A stretch of DNA of 64,000 bases. Origin: a virus. Lineage: Duplodnaviria; Caudoviricetes. Below the pieces are notes generated by a model. It saw only the letters and a list, made by a program, of their open reading frames with translations. It did no database searches and was not told the origin of the DNA. The DNA is taken from positions 16,890-80,889 of IMG/VR virus record IMGVR_UViG_3300020042_013351; one strand, written 5' to 3'. A program made the position numbers and the translations under genes. How positions within the stretch are numbered: position 1 is the first letter of the stretch; every line of letters starts with the position of its first letter. Below, one piece after another: positions 1 to 9,804 of the stretch.

Positions 1-624
1 GTATTATCTGCTGCTAATGCACCACTCATGGGCAACTTCAAATCAATTTATCCAAGTTGGTCTGGAGGAGTCTTGGCAGTTGAAGACAATGGACGCACAT
101 GGGGATGGGGTTGGAGAAAAAACATTGGGTTGCCAGGCACTGGCACTTTTGCAACTTCTGCCAGCATTGTACCTTCTTTGTCAAATTACAATGTTAAAAA
201 AATCATCAATGCAACAGCAAATAAAAATGCATCCAATCCTGCATGTGTTGCAATTACTACAAATGGAATGGTATTTGCAACTGGCAGCAATAAATATGGC
301 ATCAATGGTCAAGGTACTATCACACCAAAAGGTGCAGGAGCAGATACATGGCTGCAAGTTAAATTGCCTGCAGGTGTATCTGCAATTGATGTCAATTACA
401 GTGCATTTCTATTTTCAACTACAGATGATGGGGATGATGATTTATACGTTTCAAATGTCCCCAGTATGTTTTTATTGACAACTGACTCACCTGAAAAGAC
501 CCTGTATGATATATATGCTTTTGGAACCAATGAAGGTTTTACATTGGGATTAAATCAAATGACAAATTCAGGCATTGGCAGAAACGTTGTATCTTTACCC
601 ATCAAAGTATCAATTAATTTGTAA
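1..624 (+). CDS. RCC1/BLIP-II-like repeat protein, 5'-truncated (possible tail fibre or adhesin C-terminus)
   Basis: Frame is open from base 1. Repeats AVEDNGRTWGWG, AITTNGMVFATGSNKYG and IYAFGTNEG resemble RCC1 blades. Confidence 0.55.
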   Translation, partial: VLSAANAPLMGNFKSIYPSWSGGVLAVEDNGRTWGWGWRKNIGLPGTGTFATSASIVPSLSNYNVKKIINATANKNASNPACVAITTNGMVFATGSNKYGINGQGTITPKGAGADTWLQVKLPAGVSAIDVNYSAFLFSTTDDGDDDLYVSNVPSMFLLTTDSPEKTLYDIYAFGTNEGFTLGLNQMTNSGIGRNVVSLPIKVSINL

Positions 625-879
625 TTGTACAGCAGCGTTCTCAATGGCAATTTCACATTTGAGATCATACAACATGGAATGATACCGCTCTTTGATGTAT
701 TTGCCAAATGCAATGGGATTCACCCAGTCTATTTCATCTGGATCCACTTGCATGTCAGCCATCTTCTGATCTACAACTGAAATTGCTTCTGCCAAACACA
801 TCCAACGTGCTTTCTCCTCCATGGACATGTTGATGCTTTGACTGGCAATGGTTTGCTTAGTTTGTTTTTTGTTTTTCAT
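610..879 (-). CDS. hypothetical protein (89 aa)
   Basis: ORF overlaps and is co-oriented with its neighbours; plausible composition. Confidence 0.6.
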   Translation of the reverse strand: MKNKKQTKQTIASQSINMSMEEKARWMCLAEAISVVDQKMADMQVDPDEIDWVNPIAFGKYIKERYHSMLYDLKCEIAIENAAVQLQIN

Positions 880-1279
880 AGCCTGATGTTATATACCCTG
901 ACATTATAGCCAAGATTTCAGGTTCTGTCAACTGTTTCCCATGACTTGCAGCAAAGAATTGCCACACTGTTTGCAGAAGTTTGAGCAAAAGTGCAGCCTT
1001 CTCACTGAACATTGGGTCATTTTCTTTGCATTTGATGCTTTCAACAATTGCAGCATGCAAATTTTCAATGGTTTGAGATTTGCCATACAGTCTTCCAATG
1101 TTGAAGTGTGTTTCAACATTGTTGAGCCTGGCCCATTGCATCAAATCACGCAAACCAGCATCAACTTGAGGCACCACTGCCGGCAGTGGTTGTGTAATGG
1201 AACTTGCAACAGTTGTTGCAGCATTGTACAAATGACTTTGCATAACATCATGCAGCTGATTTTGTGTAAGATTATTCAT
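857..1279 (-). CDS. hypothetical protein
   Basis: ORF track 857-1348; start moved to the ATG at 1279, which overlaps the upstream stop. Confidence 0.55.
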   Translation of the reverse strand: MNNLTQNQLHDVMQSHLYNAATTVASSITQPLPAVVPQVDAGLRDLMQWARLNNVETHFNIGRLYGKSQTIENLHAAIVESIKCKENDPMFSEKAALLLKLLQTVWQFFAASHGKQLTEPEILAIMSGYITSGYEKQKTN

Positions 1280-1715
1280 TTGCATTGTGTTCAGTGACTT
1301 TTTGCTGCATTTTTTGCAACACATCATTGTGAGATGTATCCAAATCAAGTATCTGAGTTGGCAAAATGGTACTCACAGAGACTTTGCAATTGATCAACTT
1401 GTCACACATAGCACAGTTGTAGTAATTTTGTCTGTTGAAGAACAATGGCACTGTTTGCTCAATGTTGCGTTCACATGGGCATGCTAGCTTCATGGTCTGC
1501 TTGTTGATCTCAGTTATTCTATCATTTGCAATCTGCTCAAATTCCTTTTGGCTCCTGTATTGCAAAAACGTATTAAAAATTCCACCAAGCACAAAGTGTA
1601 AAACAAGGGACAATCCAAAGCCTCCAGGGAAGCCCAATGGAGAATTCAACGTACACAAGCCAACAAACGCGCTTATCAATACAGTAACCACAATGGGCAC
1701 CAACATAGTTTTCAT
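1272..1715 (-). CDS. hypothetical membrane protein with Cys-rich (Zn-ribbon-like) C-terminus
   Basis: Two N-terminal hydrophobic segments; CPC...CAMC motif. Confidence 0.6.
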   Translation of the reverse strand: MKTMLVPIVVTVLISAFVGLCTLNSPLGFPGGFGLSLVLHFVLGGIFNTFLQYRSQKEFEQIANDRITEINKQTMKLACPCERNIEQTVPLFFNRQNYYNCAMCDKLINCKVSVSTILPTQILDLDTSHNDVLQKMQQKVTEHNANE

Positions 1716-1741
1716 GCTGGTAGTTATTCAGGTCATGCAAT

Positions 1742-2134
1742 TTATCCAGATATAGTAATTTTATCCAACAATTTTCTCAGGCTGATGGAATCACTAGTAG
1801 TATTGGAGTCACTGGGACCAGCAATGATGTCCAGAATTTTGTTGATTTGATGCAACATGATTTTGACTGTTCTCTTTTGAGACTCTTTGAGAGCAGGATT
1901 GCTGAGTGACGTTCTGAGACTGCTCTTGGCTTCTGCTGCATTGATGTATGTATTGCCAATGAATTCGTGCAAATTTTGCAATTCAAATACAGTTACAGGA
2001 TTGCTGGCAGGTGTATCCATTTTGCTGCCATCAAAATCTCTGTATTCCAAAGGTTTCAATGAACCATCACGAACACCAGCCATTTTTGTTTGACCAGATA
2101 CCTGGCGTTTGTAATCTTTTATTGACTGATCCAT
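1742..2134 (-). CDS. hypothetical protein, probably late
   Basis: 130-aa ORF; TAAATA box 7 nt upstream on the minus strand. Confidence 0.6.
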   Translation of the reverse strand: MDQSIKDYKRQVSGQTKMAGVRDGSLKPLEYRDFDGSKMDTPASNPVTVFELQNLHEFIGNTYINAAEAKSSLRTSLSNPALKESQKRTVKIMLHQINKILDIIAGPSDSNTTSDSISLRKLLDKITISG

Positions 2135-2174
2135 GTTCTTTTATTTATTCTACCGCATAAATATAAATAAGCAT

Positions 2175-2621
2175 ATGTCAAATAGAATCTTCGCAAAAAT
2201 GTTCAGAGTTGTCTTGGAACAAGATCAACAGCAAACAGGTGAACCAGCTGATGCACCAGAACAAATGACTGATGCACAAGCTGCTCAATCACAACTTGGT
2301 GGTGGTACACAAGTGTCTGAACTTGGTGCTGATATGAATCAACAAGCTGTAGAGATGTCTGCCAAACAGCAGCAAGCAATGAATACAAGGCTGGAACAAT
2401 GGATGGATCAAGTGGGTGAGATGGTACAATATCTCAACAGCACCAATGGTGAATCTATTCAAAACGTTTTATCCAAAGCCATTCCTGATACACTGTTTGA
2501 TAAAATCAAAAAAGGTGAAAGCAAGCGCATTGCTCGTGTTGCAGAAGAACTTGCAGGCCTGCAACAGTCATTTGCAGGTTACAGAGCCACCAGCAACAAT
2601 CCTTCTTACAAGTACGTATAA
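2175..2621 (+). CDS. hypothetical late protein (Q/A-rich), possible internal head protein
   Basis: TAAATA (2164-2169)-N5-ATG; N-terminus MSNRIFAKMFRVVLE. Confidence 0.65.
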   Translation: MSNRIFAKMFRVVLEQDQQQTGEPADAPEQMTDAQAAQSQLGGGTQVSELGADMNQQAVEMSAKQQQAMNTRLEQWMDQVGEMVQYLNSTNGESIQNVLSKAIPDTLFDKIKKGESKRIARVAEELAGLQQSFAGYRATSNNPSYKYV

Positions 2622-3641
2622 CTAGTTGATGGTCTTGAGCATAATTTCTGCTTGAAGACCTTTGACACAGTGTTGTTTGATAAAATTGTGTGAGATGCTG
2701 TTGATGCTGTATTTGAGCGCAACATCATTGAAGTCTTTGCAGGTGGTGCCAATGTTTTTAGGCCAGATGTATACAGTCTCACCTGCATCAATGAGTTTCT
2801 GAGTTTTGAGTCTGCTGGCATTGTCCAGCCATTGAGAATCAAGTACCCAATTGAAATTGTAAAATCCACTGATGCTGTTGATTTGCATCTGTTGTCGAGA
2901 TGAGTACATTTGCATGCTTTTTTCTTGAATGCCTGCTACAGCAATGCCATTTTTAACAAAACAGCAGTCAATGGGGCCTTCAAATACAAACACATCATTG
3001 CATGCATTGTCTATGTTGTTGAAGTTAAAAATTGCACGGTCACCATGTATCTTGCTCATGTATTTGGGACGCTCATCATTTGCATCAACACTGCGAGATT
3101 GATAATATATTATTTTTCCAGATGCATCAAAAAAGGGTAAGATGAGCCGACCTTTGTGAGTCTCATCTTTGAGACATGCATACAATGCAGTTGATTTGTT
3201 GACTGCATTCATGAGACCACGAGATAATGCATAATTATAAACTTGTTGCACAGTCTTGTCATGTTTATAATATTCAACTTGATTGAGCTGCATCAAATTG
3301 ATGCACTCTCCTGGCAAAGATGGCACCTGCACCTTTTCTTGTTGCTTGGGAATGCTGTTGATGTCAAAAGTATCAAATGACTCGCTGTCATTTTGAATTT
3401 CTTGCTTGGTCATGCCAGACACTTGCAACAACCATTTGAGAGGCTTGCTGCTCCAACCGCAGTTGTGACAAAAAATGCTTTCTTTGTCAGGAATATAATA
3501 CAGTCTCTTTTTGCGCAGCCAACTCTTGCCTTCTCTACAAATGGGACAGGAGCCCTGATAGGTTTTGGTCAACCTATTATACTTGGGGGCTCCTGCGTAT
3601 TGATAAAACTTAGTAACTATGTAATGTTGAGGCAATTGCAC
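2622..3641 (-). CDS. DNA primase (T4 gp61-like)
   Basis: Zn finger CPIC...CHNC; TOPRIM VFEGPIDC; LDSQW and KDFND motifs. Confidence 0.92.
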   Translation of the reverse strand: MQLPQHYIVTKFYQYAGAPKYNRLTKTYQGSCPICREGKSWLRKKRLYYIPDKESIFCHNCGWSSKPLKWLLQVSGMTKQEIQNDSESFDTFDINSIPKQQEKVQVPSLPGECINLMQLNQVEYYKHDKTVQQVYNYALSRGLMNAVNKSTALYACLKDETHKGRLILPFFDASGKIIYYQSRSVDANDERPKYMSKIHGDRAIFNFNNIDNACNDVFVFEGPIDCCFVKNGIAVAGIQEKSMQMYSSRQQMQINSISGFYNFNWVLDSQWLDNASRLKTQKLIDAGETVYIWPKNIGTTCKDFNDVALKYSINSISHNFIKQHCVKGLQAEIMLKTIN

Positions 3642-3654
3642 TCATCAACATATA

Positions 3655-3837
3655 TTACTTTTTGGGTTGTTCAACTTGTTTAATTTCAACTAAACCTCTG
3701 TGAAAGAAAGCACCACTGGCAGGATCAAACCATTGAGCTTCTACATGGATTTGTTGACCAACTAGTTTTTCTACAATTTTAGGTGTAGACATTTGGCCTG
3801 TTGGAGAAACCATTTTAACTGGGCGTACGTAATTCAT
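3655..3837 (-). CDS. small hypothetical protein
   Basis: 60-aa ORF with TAAATA-N5-ATG on the minus strand. Confidence 0.6.
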   Translation of the reverse strand: MNYVRPVKMVSPTGQMSTPKIVEKLVGQQIHVEAQWFDPASGAFFHRGLVEIKQVEQPKK

Positions 3838-3841
3838 ATTG

Positions 3842-4726
3842 TTATTTATTCAAACCTAGTAACTTAATGAGATTGGTCATGTTTTGTTGACCAAAAAAAG
3901 TTTTTCTCCAACTTGCAGCATTATCAACAATGTTATTCAAATGCAGCTGCTTGCAAGCATCAATGAATGCATCAAAGCTAGGAACATGATTGAGTTGTTG
4001 CAGCTGTTGTTGCATGCGCACCAATTCATTGGGTTGATAGTTGTATGACTCATGCAAGTTCATCATTTTATCATTGTGTTGATATTGCAACACTTGCTCT
4101 TGACTCAAAATCTGCAACATATCCGCAATGCCTGTAGCAATCTTTTTGGCTTTGCTGGGTGTTGTTACTTTGGCAATGTTGTCAGATGCATCTCCAATCA
4201 AACACTTGAACATCAAAAATGATTCACGAGCTATGCCTGCAAACTCTTCAAAGTTGTTGGGTGTTATGACCACCTTTTTGGTGAGGCTGTACATATGCAC
4301 ATCATTGCTGACCAATTGCAGCAAATCTCTGTCAGATGATACAATGATTTTTTTGCCAGGCAGCTCACGAGTCAAAAAAGCAATGACGTCATCAGCCTCC
4401 AGACAGAATGGGTAGATATTGTAAACACCCAAATGATCAACCAACATTTCAATTTCTTGAGACTTTTCATAAACTGCAGCACCAATGGTTTTATCTCTAT
4501 TTACTTTGTATGTTTCAGATGCAATTTGTTTGCGAAAGCTTTTTTGTGTATGGTCCAACGTAGCATCCCATGCGCAATATACTGCTGCAGGTTTAAACAT
4601 ATCAATGTAACTTTTGAGAGAACGCAAAAACAATAACACCTGCATGTTGCTGCCCTGTTCGTAACTCTTTTGAGACATATGAAAAGAGCGGTGAATGATG
4701 TTGCTGGCGTCAATTAGAAGATTCAT
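3842..4726 (-). CDS. rnh: 5'-3' exonuclease / RNase H (T4 rnh-like, FEN/PIN fold)
   Basis: LLIDASN, YKVNR, LEADDVIA, SSDRDLLQL, GDASDNI motifs; start moved to MNLLID. Confidence 0.9.
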   Translation of the reverse strand: MNLLIDASNIIHRSFHMSQKSYEQGSNMQVLLFLRSLKSYIDMFKPAAVYCAWDATLDHTQKSFRKQIASETYKVNRDKTIGAAVYEKSQEIEMLVDHLGVYNIYPFCLEADDVIAFLTRELPGKKIIVSSDRDLLQLVSNDVHMYSLTKKVVITPNNFEEFAGIARESFLMFKCLIGDASDNIAKVTTPSKAKKIATGIADMLQILSQEQVLQYQHNDKMMNLHESYNYQPNELVRMQQQLQQLNHVPSFDAFIDACKQLHLNNIVDNAASWRKTFFGQQNMTNLIKLLGLNK

Positions 4727-5003
4727 TTTTTTGGTATTGTTGTTCAACTGTAGTAGAGACATCTGTAGGCAGACTCTTTACATGTTCCAATATACCATTC
4801 TTTAAACCAAAATCAAACTTTTCCTTGGGAATATTTCTGTTGGCCATGCTGGGTATGCTCAAAAAACAATGATGCGTCATGGAGCTGCACACATAAATCA
4901 AAATTTCTCCTACAAAACTACCACAAGTTACAGCATATGATGCTGTGTGATGTGGATGCACTAATGGCTGTTTGTGGAAAAGTGATGTAATGAATTTAAA
5001 CAT
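4710..5003 (-). CDS. hypothetical protein
   Basis: 97-aa ORF in operon context. Confidence 0.55.
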   Translation of the reverse strand: MFKFITSLFHKQPLVHPHHTASYAVTCGSFVGEILIYVCSSMTHHCFLSIPSMANRNIPKEKFDFGLKNGILEHVKSLPTDVSTTVEQQYQKNESSN

Positions 5004-5006
5004 GCA

Positions 5007-5345
5007 TCAATCATTGTTAAAAAAAGTAGAGTTGCTGCTCATCATAAATTTTTGCATTGCAAAAGACAATGCATCTGCTTCTTGACCATTGTGGGCATTT
5101 ATGATCTTTATAGGTGTACCATGAAAGTCATACCCAATGATTATAAATGCTTGCAGAAACTCTTGCAACGTTGCTGCAGCAGCTGCTGCACAGTCTTCTT
5201 TGTAAAATTTTCTAGAGTTGGTCTTGATGTAATTGAGCAAAGCATCTTTTATAACATTTGATGCTTCTTTGTCAATTTTTGGTTTTGATGTCTTGTTCTT
5301 CTTGGGATTGTCAGAACTCAATGCATCAGATATGCTGCTATTCAT
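5007..5345 (-). CDS. hypothetical protein
   Basis: 112-aa ORF overlapping its neighbour by 4 nt. Confidence 0.6.
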   Translation of the reverse strand: MNSSISDALSSDNPKKNKTSKPKIDKEASNVIKDALLNYIKTNSRKFYKEDCAAAAAATLQEFLQAFIIIGYDFHGTPIKIINAHNGQEADALSFAMQKFMMSSNSTFFNND

Positions 5346-5662
5346 TTTACCACAGAAGGAGCAACTCCTCGAGACAGCAGTGTTGTAATGATTACTTCAA
5401 TGCTGGAGGTCTTGATGGAGAAGTTCTTTGGAAAGTTTTTGCCGCCATCATTGATTTCAAATAAAATCTCGTTGAGGGTGTCTTTGTTTTCATAGCATGT
5501 TACATACACACTGGATGCACCAGGTTCAAGGAGAATTGTCCAACGACGAGGATCACTCTCAGCATAAGCTGAAAAAATACGATAAGTAATGTAACCATTG
5601 TCTTTGAGCCTTTTGATAAAGTATCCTGCAGTGCTGATTTTGTTGCGTACGTTTTTATTCAT
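5342..5662 (-). CDS. hypothetical protein
   Basis: 106-aa ORF overlapping its neighbour by 4 nt. Confidence 0.6.
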   Translation of the reverse strand: MNKNVRNKISTAGYFIKRLKDNGYITYRIFSAYAESDPRRWTILLEPGASSVYVTCYENKDTLNEILFEINDGGKNFPKNFSIKTSSIEVIITTLLSRGVAPSVVK

Positions 5663-6369
5663 GATGTAAATGCAGATGTAATATACTTTAATTTATAGTT
5701 GTCATTGAAAATATCAATGCATACAACACCATGTTGTTCATTGACACGCACTGTTATACTACTATTATTGTTATAACTCAAACTTCTGATAAAATCAAGG
5801 TTGATAGGAATAGCATCAAATGATTTTGAATACTCTCCAAGAATCAGTTCAATGCTATCAATGTTGTGTCTTGACTTGTCTGTTAATTCACCGTGCAGCA
5901 GTGTTCCATCACAGCTCAGATAAAGTTTATTAGAGTCATTTGCAAATGAGCTAGCTTTGCAGAGATCTGTGAGAGTTTGGCACCCCATGGTGAATGAAAT
6001 ATCATATTCAAAAGACTGAATTTTTTTAATGTTGATGAGAGGTTGTGAGAGGATTCCATTGTCGAGCAAATGATATTTAAATCGAACCATGGGAGATTTG
6101 TATTCCAAATTGTTGTTATTTACCTTGAAAGTAAATTCATTGTTGACATGATCCAATGCTCTGGTAAGTTTTGATAGACTAGGCATATTGATGAAGCCAG
6201 AATACTCTGACTTGCAAGACATACTGCCATACAAAAAGCAAGTATTGTCTGGAGTACCAATGAGACACGACAAAGCATCTGCTGTTGTTAACAAAATAGC
6301 TGAATCATTAATTTTGTTAACAGCTTTGAGGAATTGCACAAAGCTCTCTGGCAGTATAAGTTGGCTCAT
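5659..6369 (-). CDS. sliding clamp (T4 gp45-like)
   Basis: 236 aa, beta-rich with clamp-like pattern (KINDSAIL, FKYHLLD, LKYITSA); replication-module context. Confidence 0.75.
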   Translation of the reverse strand: MSQLILPESFVQFLKAVNKINDSAILLTTADALSCLIGTPDNTCFLYGSMSCKSEYSGFINMPSLSKLTRALDHVNNEFTFKVNNNNLEYKSPMVRFKYHLLDNGILSQPLINIKKIQSFEYDISFTMGCQTLTDLCKASSFANDSNKLYLSCDGTLLHGELTDKSRHNIDSIELILGEYSKSFDAIPINLDFIRSLSYNNNSSITVRVNEQHGVVCIDIFNDNYKLKYITSAFTS

Positions 6370-6381
6370 GATACTAATATA

Positions 6382-6963
6382 TCACTGATTGTCTTTATTC
6401 CACTCTTTAACTGCATTTTTAGCTGATGCATGTTCTTGTGTGGTGCATGCATTGCAGTTGCTGCATTTAACTTCAAATGCATTGGTTGCAAGTGAGATTG
6501 TTGCTTTGGATCCACATAAAATACAATCACTGATTTTCTTCTTGGGTGCTGGTTGAGTCTTTTTGTTATCCAGCATAATCTTTTTAATGTCATACAAGAT
6601 GTTGTAAATATCTTGCAATACATTTTTTTCAGCTTGTTTAAAGTTGAATTCAAGCTGAGAATCATCTTGCAATGCAGCTGCAGGAGCTGCATGTTGAATA
6701 GGCTGTACTTGCACTGCTTGCGGCTGTGTAAAAACAGGACTCTGAACTGGTGGTAATTCCAGTTCAGAGTCATTGTTTGGTTGTACAGCAAAAGGAGTTG
6801 TAGCCAATGTTTCGAATTGACGTTTGAGGGAGTCACTGCGCCCTGCAAATTTAGCATTGCTACCAGCTGCAGCAATGTGTGTGTCAATTTCTTTCAATTG
6901 CCCGTATGTGTGTCCCAAGAGACCCAAAAGAGCGCGGTGCTGTTCAATTTGCTGTGATTCCAT
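6382..6963 (-). CDS. hypothetical protein with C-terminal Zn ribbon (Lar-family-like)
   Basis: CILCGSKA...VKCSNCNA...AVKEWNK resembles the Lar restriction-alleviation domain. Confidence 0.55.
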   Translation of the reverse strand: MESQQIEQHRALLGLLGHTYGQLKEIDTHIAAAGSNAKFAGRSDSLKRQFETLATTPFAVQPNNDSELELPPVQSPVFTQPQAVQVQPIQHAAPAAALQDDSQLEFNFKQAEKNVLQDIYNILYDIKKIMLDNKKTQPAPKKKISDCILCGSKATISLATNAFEVKCSNCNACTTQEHASAKNAVKEWNKDNQ

Positions 6964-6966
6964 GTT

Positions 6967-7812
6967 TTAAATGCCTTCTAAAAGAGCCCGCATCTTGGCA
7001 TCATCATCATCGTCAAATGCTGGCGGTGAGTCAGAGCTTTCTGCAGGTGGTTGCACGTAGTTATGAACAGATGCAGAAGATGCAAATGATTCTGTTGCTG
7101 GAGCAGCACTTTTACTAGCAAAATAATGTTCATCAAGCATTATTTTGAGTTCCTCATAAGATTTAACAGTCAACACACTTTTGAGTTCAGTTGTATTCTC
7201 ATAGATTTTATCAATCTGATCTGCACTCAACTTGAGATCAACAGATGATGTAAAGCGGCTGGCAGTATAGTTTGCATAACCACCTTGGTCATCAACTTTG
7301 ATTTTCAAGTTGACACCATTTGGTGACAAGTCAAATACTTTGATGCCAAATTCATCAGCATCTTCACCGTTGATGGCACTGTCAATGATGTTGTGCAACT
7401 GCTTGCCAAATCTCAACAGCTTGACTTTGCCATTGTTGTCAGGATTAGTTGGATCATTGATAACATACACATTGGCCAGCCACTTTTCAGCACGCTTGAC
7501 GTTTTTGATTTTTTCTTTGTCAGCATCAGAACCTGCACGGTATGCACGAATGCGTTCTTCTGCAATAGGATCACGTTCGCCCCATGATGTTGGTGATACA
7601 GCTTGAACATAGCCACCAGTACTGAAGCTGTTCCAGCCAAAATTGTAGTAATGAAGCAGAGTATTTTCTGGATCTGCGACGTTGGGCAAAAGTCTTACAA
7701 GATATGTTTTATCTTTTTCAAGAGTCAAAATGTCTCTGGTTGCGCTTTTGGTATTCTTTTGCTTGTTGAGTGCATCTTTGATGCTTTCAAACATGGATGA
7801 GTTGAATTTCAT
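6967..7812 (-). CDS. single-stranded DNA-binding protein (T4 gp32-like)
   Basis: VRLLP, ANVYVINDPTNPDNNGKV, FGKQL, GYANYTASRF motifs; acidic C-terminal tail. Confidence 0.9.
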   Translation of the reverse strand: MKFNSSMFESIKDALNKQKNTKSATRDILTLEKDKTYLVRLLPNVADPENTLLHYYNFGWNSFSTGGYVQAVSPTSWGERDPIAEERIRAYRAGSDADKEKIKNVKRAEKWLANVYVINDPTNPDNNGKVKLLRFGKQLHNIIDSAINGEDADEFGIKVFDLSPNGVNLKIKVDDQGGYANYTASRFTSSVDLKLSADQIDKIYENTTELKSVLTVKSYEELKIMLDEHYFASKSAAPATESFASSASVHNYVQPPAESSDSPPAFDDDDDAKMRALLEGI

Positions 7813-7831
7813 ATTGTTATTGTAGTTTAGT

Positions 7832-8488
7832 TTATGTTGTTTGTTTTGCTAGGCTTGTTGTTGTTATTTTTTGATATGCTTGTCTTGCATTGTCCTTACA
7901 TTTGTTGGATGTAATGAATTTGGACATGTATGTGCTTAGTTTTTTGCTAAGATTATTGCCGATGATTTCATCTAGGTGTTGTGCACTGCCATTGAGTTGT
8001 TTGTCTGCATCTGGAAATGCAAGCAGTGCATATATATTTATGCTAAATTGTTGTAAATGCAATACAAACCATGCAATGTCTGCAGGTGTTTTAGCATGCA
8101 TATAGTGTTGAAAATCAATGTTGTTCATCTTGCAAAATTTGTAAATGAAAATCATTGATTCTTTGATTTTATCCAAATTCCATTGACTGTCTGCACTCAT
8201 CATTTGCTCATAGTTGTACAATGAAAACAACTTGATGGCTCGCATGCTCTTGTAAAATGGCAATTTGATGTGACCACTTTCTTGCATCTTGAATGGTGCA
8301 TCAAAAAAGTCTTTAATGTTGATATTGGGAAATTTTTGCAACAACATTGCTATTTGTTTGCATGCTACAACGTTTTCACTGTCCAAGTCATCAAACTGTT
8401 TGCGTGGTGAGAATGGTTTGTTGTTGTGTGTCCTGCTAGCGTAAAGATATTGATTGTATATCTTCTTTTCAAATTCACTCAATTGCAT
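7832..8488 (-). CDS. probable helicase loader (gp59-like)
   Basis: 218 aa (T4 gp59 is about 217 aa) and directly upstream of gp32 as in T4; sequence similarity not evident by eye. Confidence 0.4.
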   Translation of the reverse strand: MQLSEFEKKIYNQYLYASRTHNNKPFSPRKQFDDLDSENVVACKQIAMLLQKFPNINIKDFFDAPFKMQESGHIKLPFYKSMRAIKLFSLYNYEQMMSADSQWNLDKIKESMIFIYKFCKMNNIDFQHYMHAKTPADIAWFVLHLQQFSINIYALLAFPDADKQLNGSAQHLDEIIGNNLSKKLSTYMSKFITSNKCKDNARQAYQKITTTSLAKQTT

Positions 8489-8666
8489 CTTTTAACTCAA
8501 CTGTAATGTCATTTGCCCACTTTACAACTCTTTTCAAGCTAAACTTTGAAAAATGATAATCACTGTCCTGTGTTCTCATGAATTTACCATATCCACGCAA
8601 TTCTTCTGCGATTGTATTTGCAGTACGAATGAGATGCTGCAACTCATAGGGAGTAAACTGTTTCAT
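8475..8666 (-). CDS. small hypothetical protein
   Basis: 63-aa ORF overlapping both neighbours. Confidence 0.5.
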   Translation of the reverse strand: MKQFTPYELQHLIRTANTIAEELRGYGKFMRTQDSDYHFSKFSLKRVVKWANDITVELKDAIE

Positions 8667-8929
8667 TTCAATCCATATTTAATGGAGTTGAGGTATTTTG
8701 AAATGTATTTGCTTTTGCAAAGATTGGGCTCGTAGTCAACAAAGATTTTAAAGATTTGATAATCAGTTTCAAGATCCAGCATGGTCTTAAAAATGTCTCT
8801 GTATTTTTTGTTTTTTAGCAGCAGCAAAAAGATGTTGGGAAGGTTGAGTTTCTTGCCATGCAAGATTGTTAAAAAGCTGCAAAATGCTAGCAAGTAATAC
8901 TCTGTTTCTTGTTGTTCAAATAAATTCAT
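8663..8929 (-). CDS. hypothetical protein
   Basis: 88-aa ORF with ATGA-type overlaps. Confidence 0.55.
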   Translation of the reverse strand: MNLFEQQETEYYLLAFCSFLTILHGKKLNLPNIFLLLLKNKKYRDIFKTMLDLETDYQIFKIFVDYEPNLCKSKYISKYLNSIKYGLK

Positions 8930-9804
8930 ACTAGTTGCAATGTCTGTGTAAAATTTATAAATGTTTGTGTCAATTTGCCACCAGCAGCTTGTGCATGACC
9001 GCCACCTTCACATAATTTTTGGGCCAGCAAAGATACATCAGCTGTACATGTTTTGCTGCAACGAAACGAAACAGTCTCTCGATCCACATTGACCATCATC
9101 AAAATATCAGCATCAGTAACAGCAAACACGTGCTGTGATACTTCTGAATGACATGTGGTACAGAACGTTGCAATGCATTTGTGTTGATTGATTTTGCCTT
9201 GATACATCTTCAAATCATTGATGATGTTTTTGACTCTGCTGGCATGAATTGCCAAAGCAGCTTGATGTCGTGAAGAAAATCCAGTGAAACCTTTTTGAAA
9301 ATCTTTGCTGAATTCAATGACCCTGTTGCCCTGCAGTGTCCAAAAAATGTTGTTGAGATCCTGTGATTGTTTGAGACTGTTGGTACCGCTGTCAAAATCA
9401 CTGGTCAATGCAATGAGCATTTTCTGTTGAGCATTTAGAAAGTCTTGTTTGATTTTGAATGTTTCATGAATTAACTGAGCAGTGGATTTACAATCTTTGA
9501 CAATGGCTTTGCAGTGCTTGTAATTGGCAGCTTGCGTGAAGTGAGTTTTGTGGTGATCAAAAATTATAACATTGGCACTGTCAACCAAATCCGCAATGTC
9601 TGTGGTATCCAAGTCCAAAATGTAAATCTTTTCATAATCAGATGCTTTGTTGGTTTGAAGCCACGCAAGATAACATTCACGCAGTTTAGCACCAGTGCAT
9701 ACACGTGGAATCAAGTTGATGCCTGGCTTATACCAACTCAACACCAAAAACGATGCTGCACCATCCAGATCTGCATCTGTCCATACTATAGTTTCCTTAG
9801 ACAT
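8926..9804 (-). CDS. DHH/DHHA1 family phosphoesterase
   Basis: DADLDG, ILDL, FDHHKT and C-terminal GGGHAQAAG motifs. Confidence 0.88.
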   Translation of the reverse strand: MSKETIVWTDADLDGAASFLVLSWYKPGINLIPRVCTGAKLRECYLAWLQTNKASDYEKIYILDLDTTDIADLVDSANVIIFDHHKTHFTQAANYKHCKAIVKDCKSTAQLIHETFKIKQDFLNAQQKMLIALTSDFDSGTNSLKQSQDLNNIFWTLQGNRVIEFSKDFQKGFTGFSSRHQAALAIHASRVKNIINDLKMYQGKINQHKCIATFCTTCHSEVSQHVFAVTDADILMMVNVDRETVSFRCSKTCTADVSLLAQKLCEGGGHAQAAGGKLTQTFINFTQTLQLV

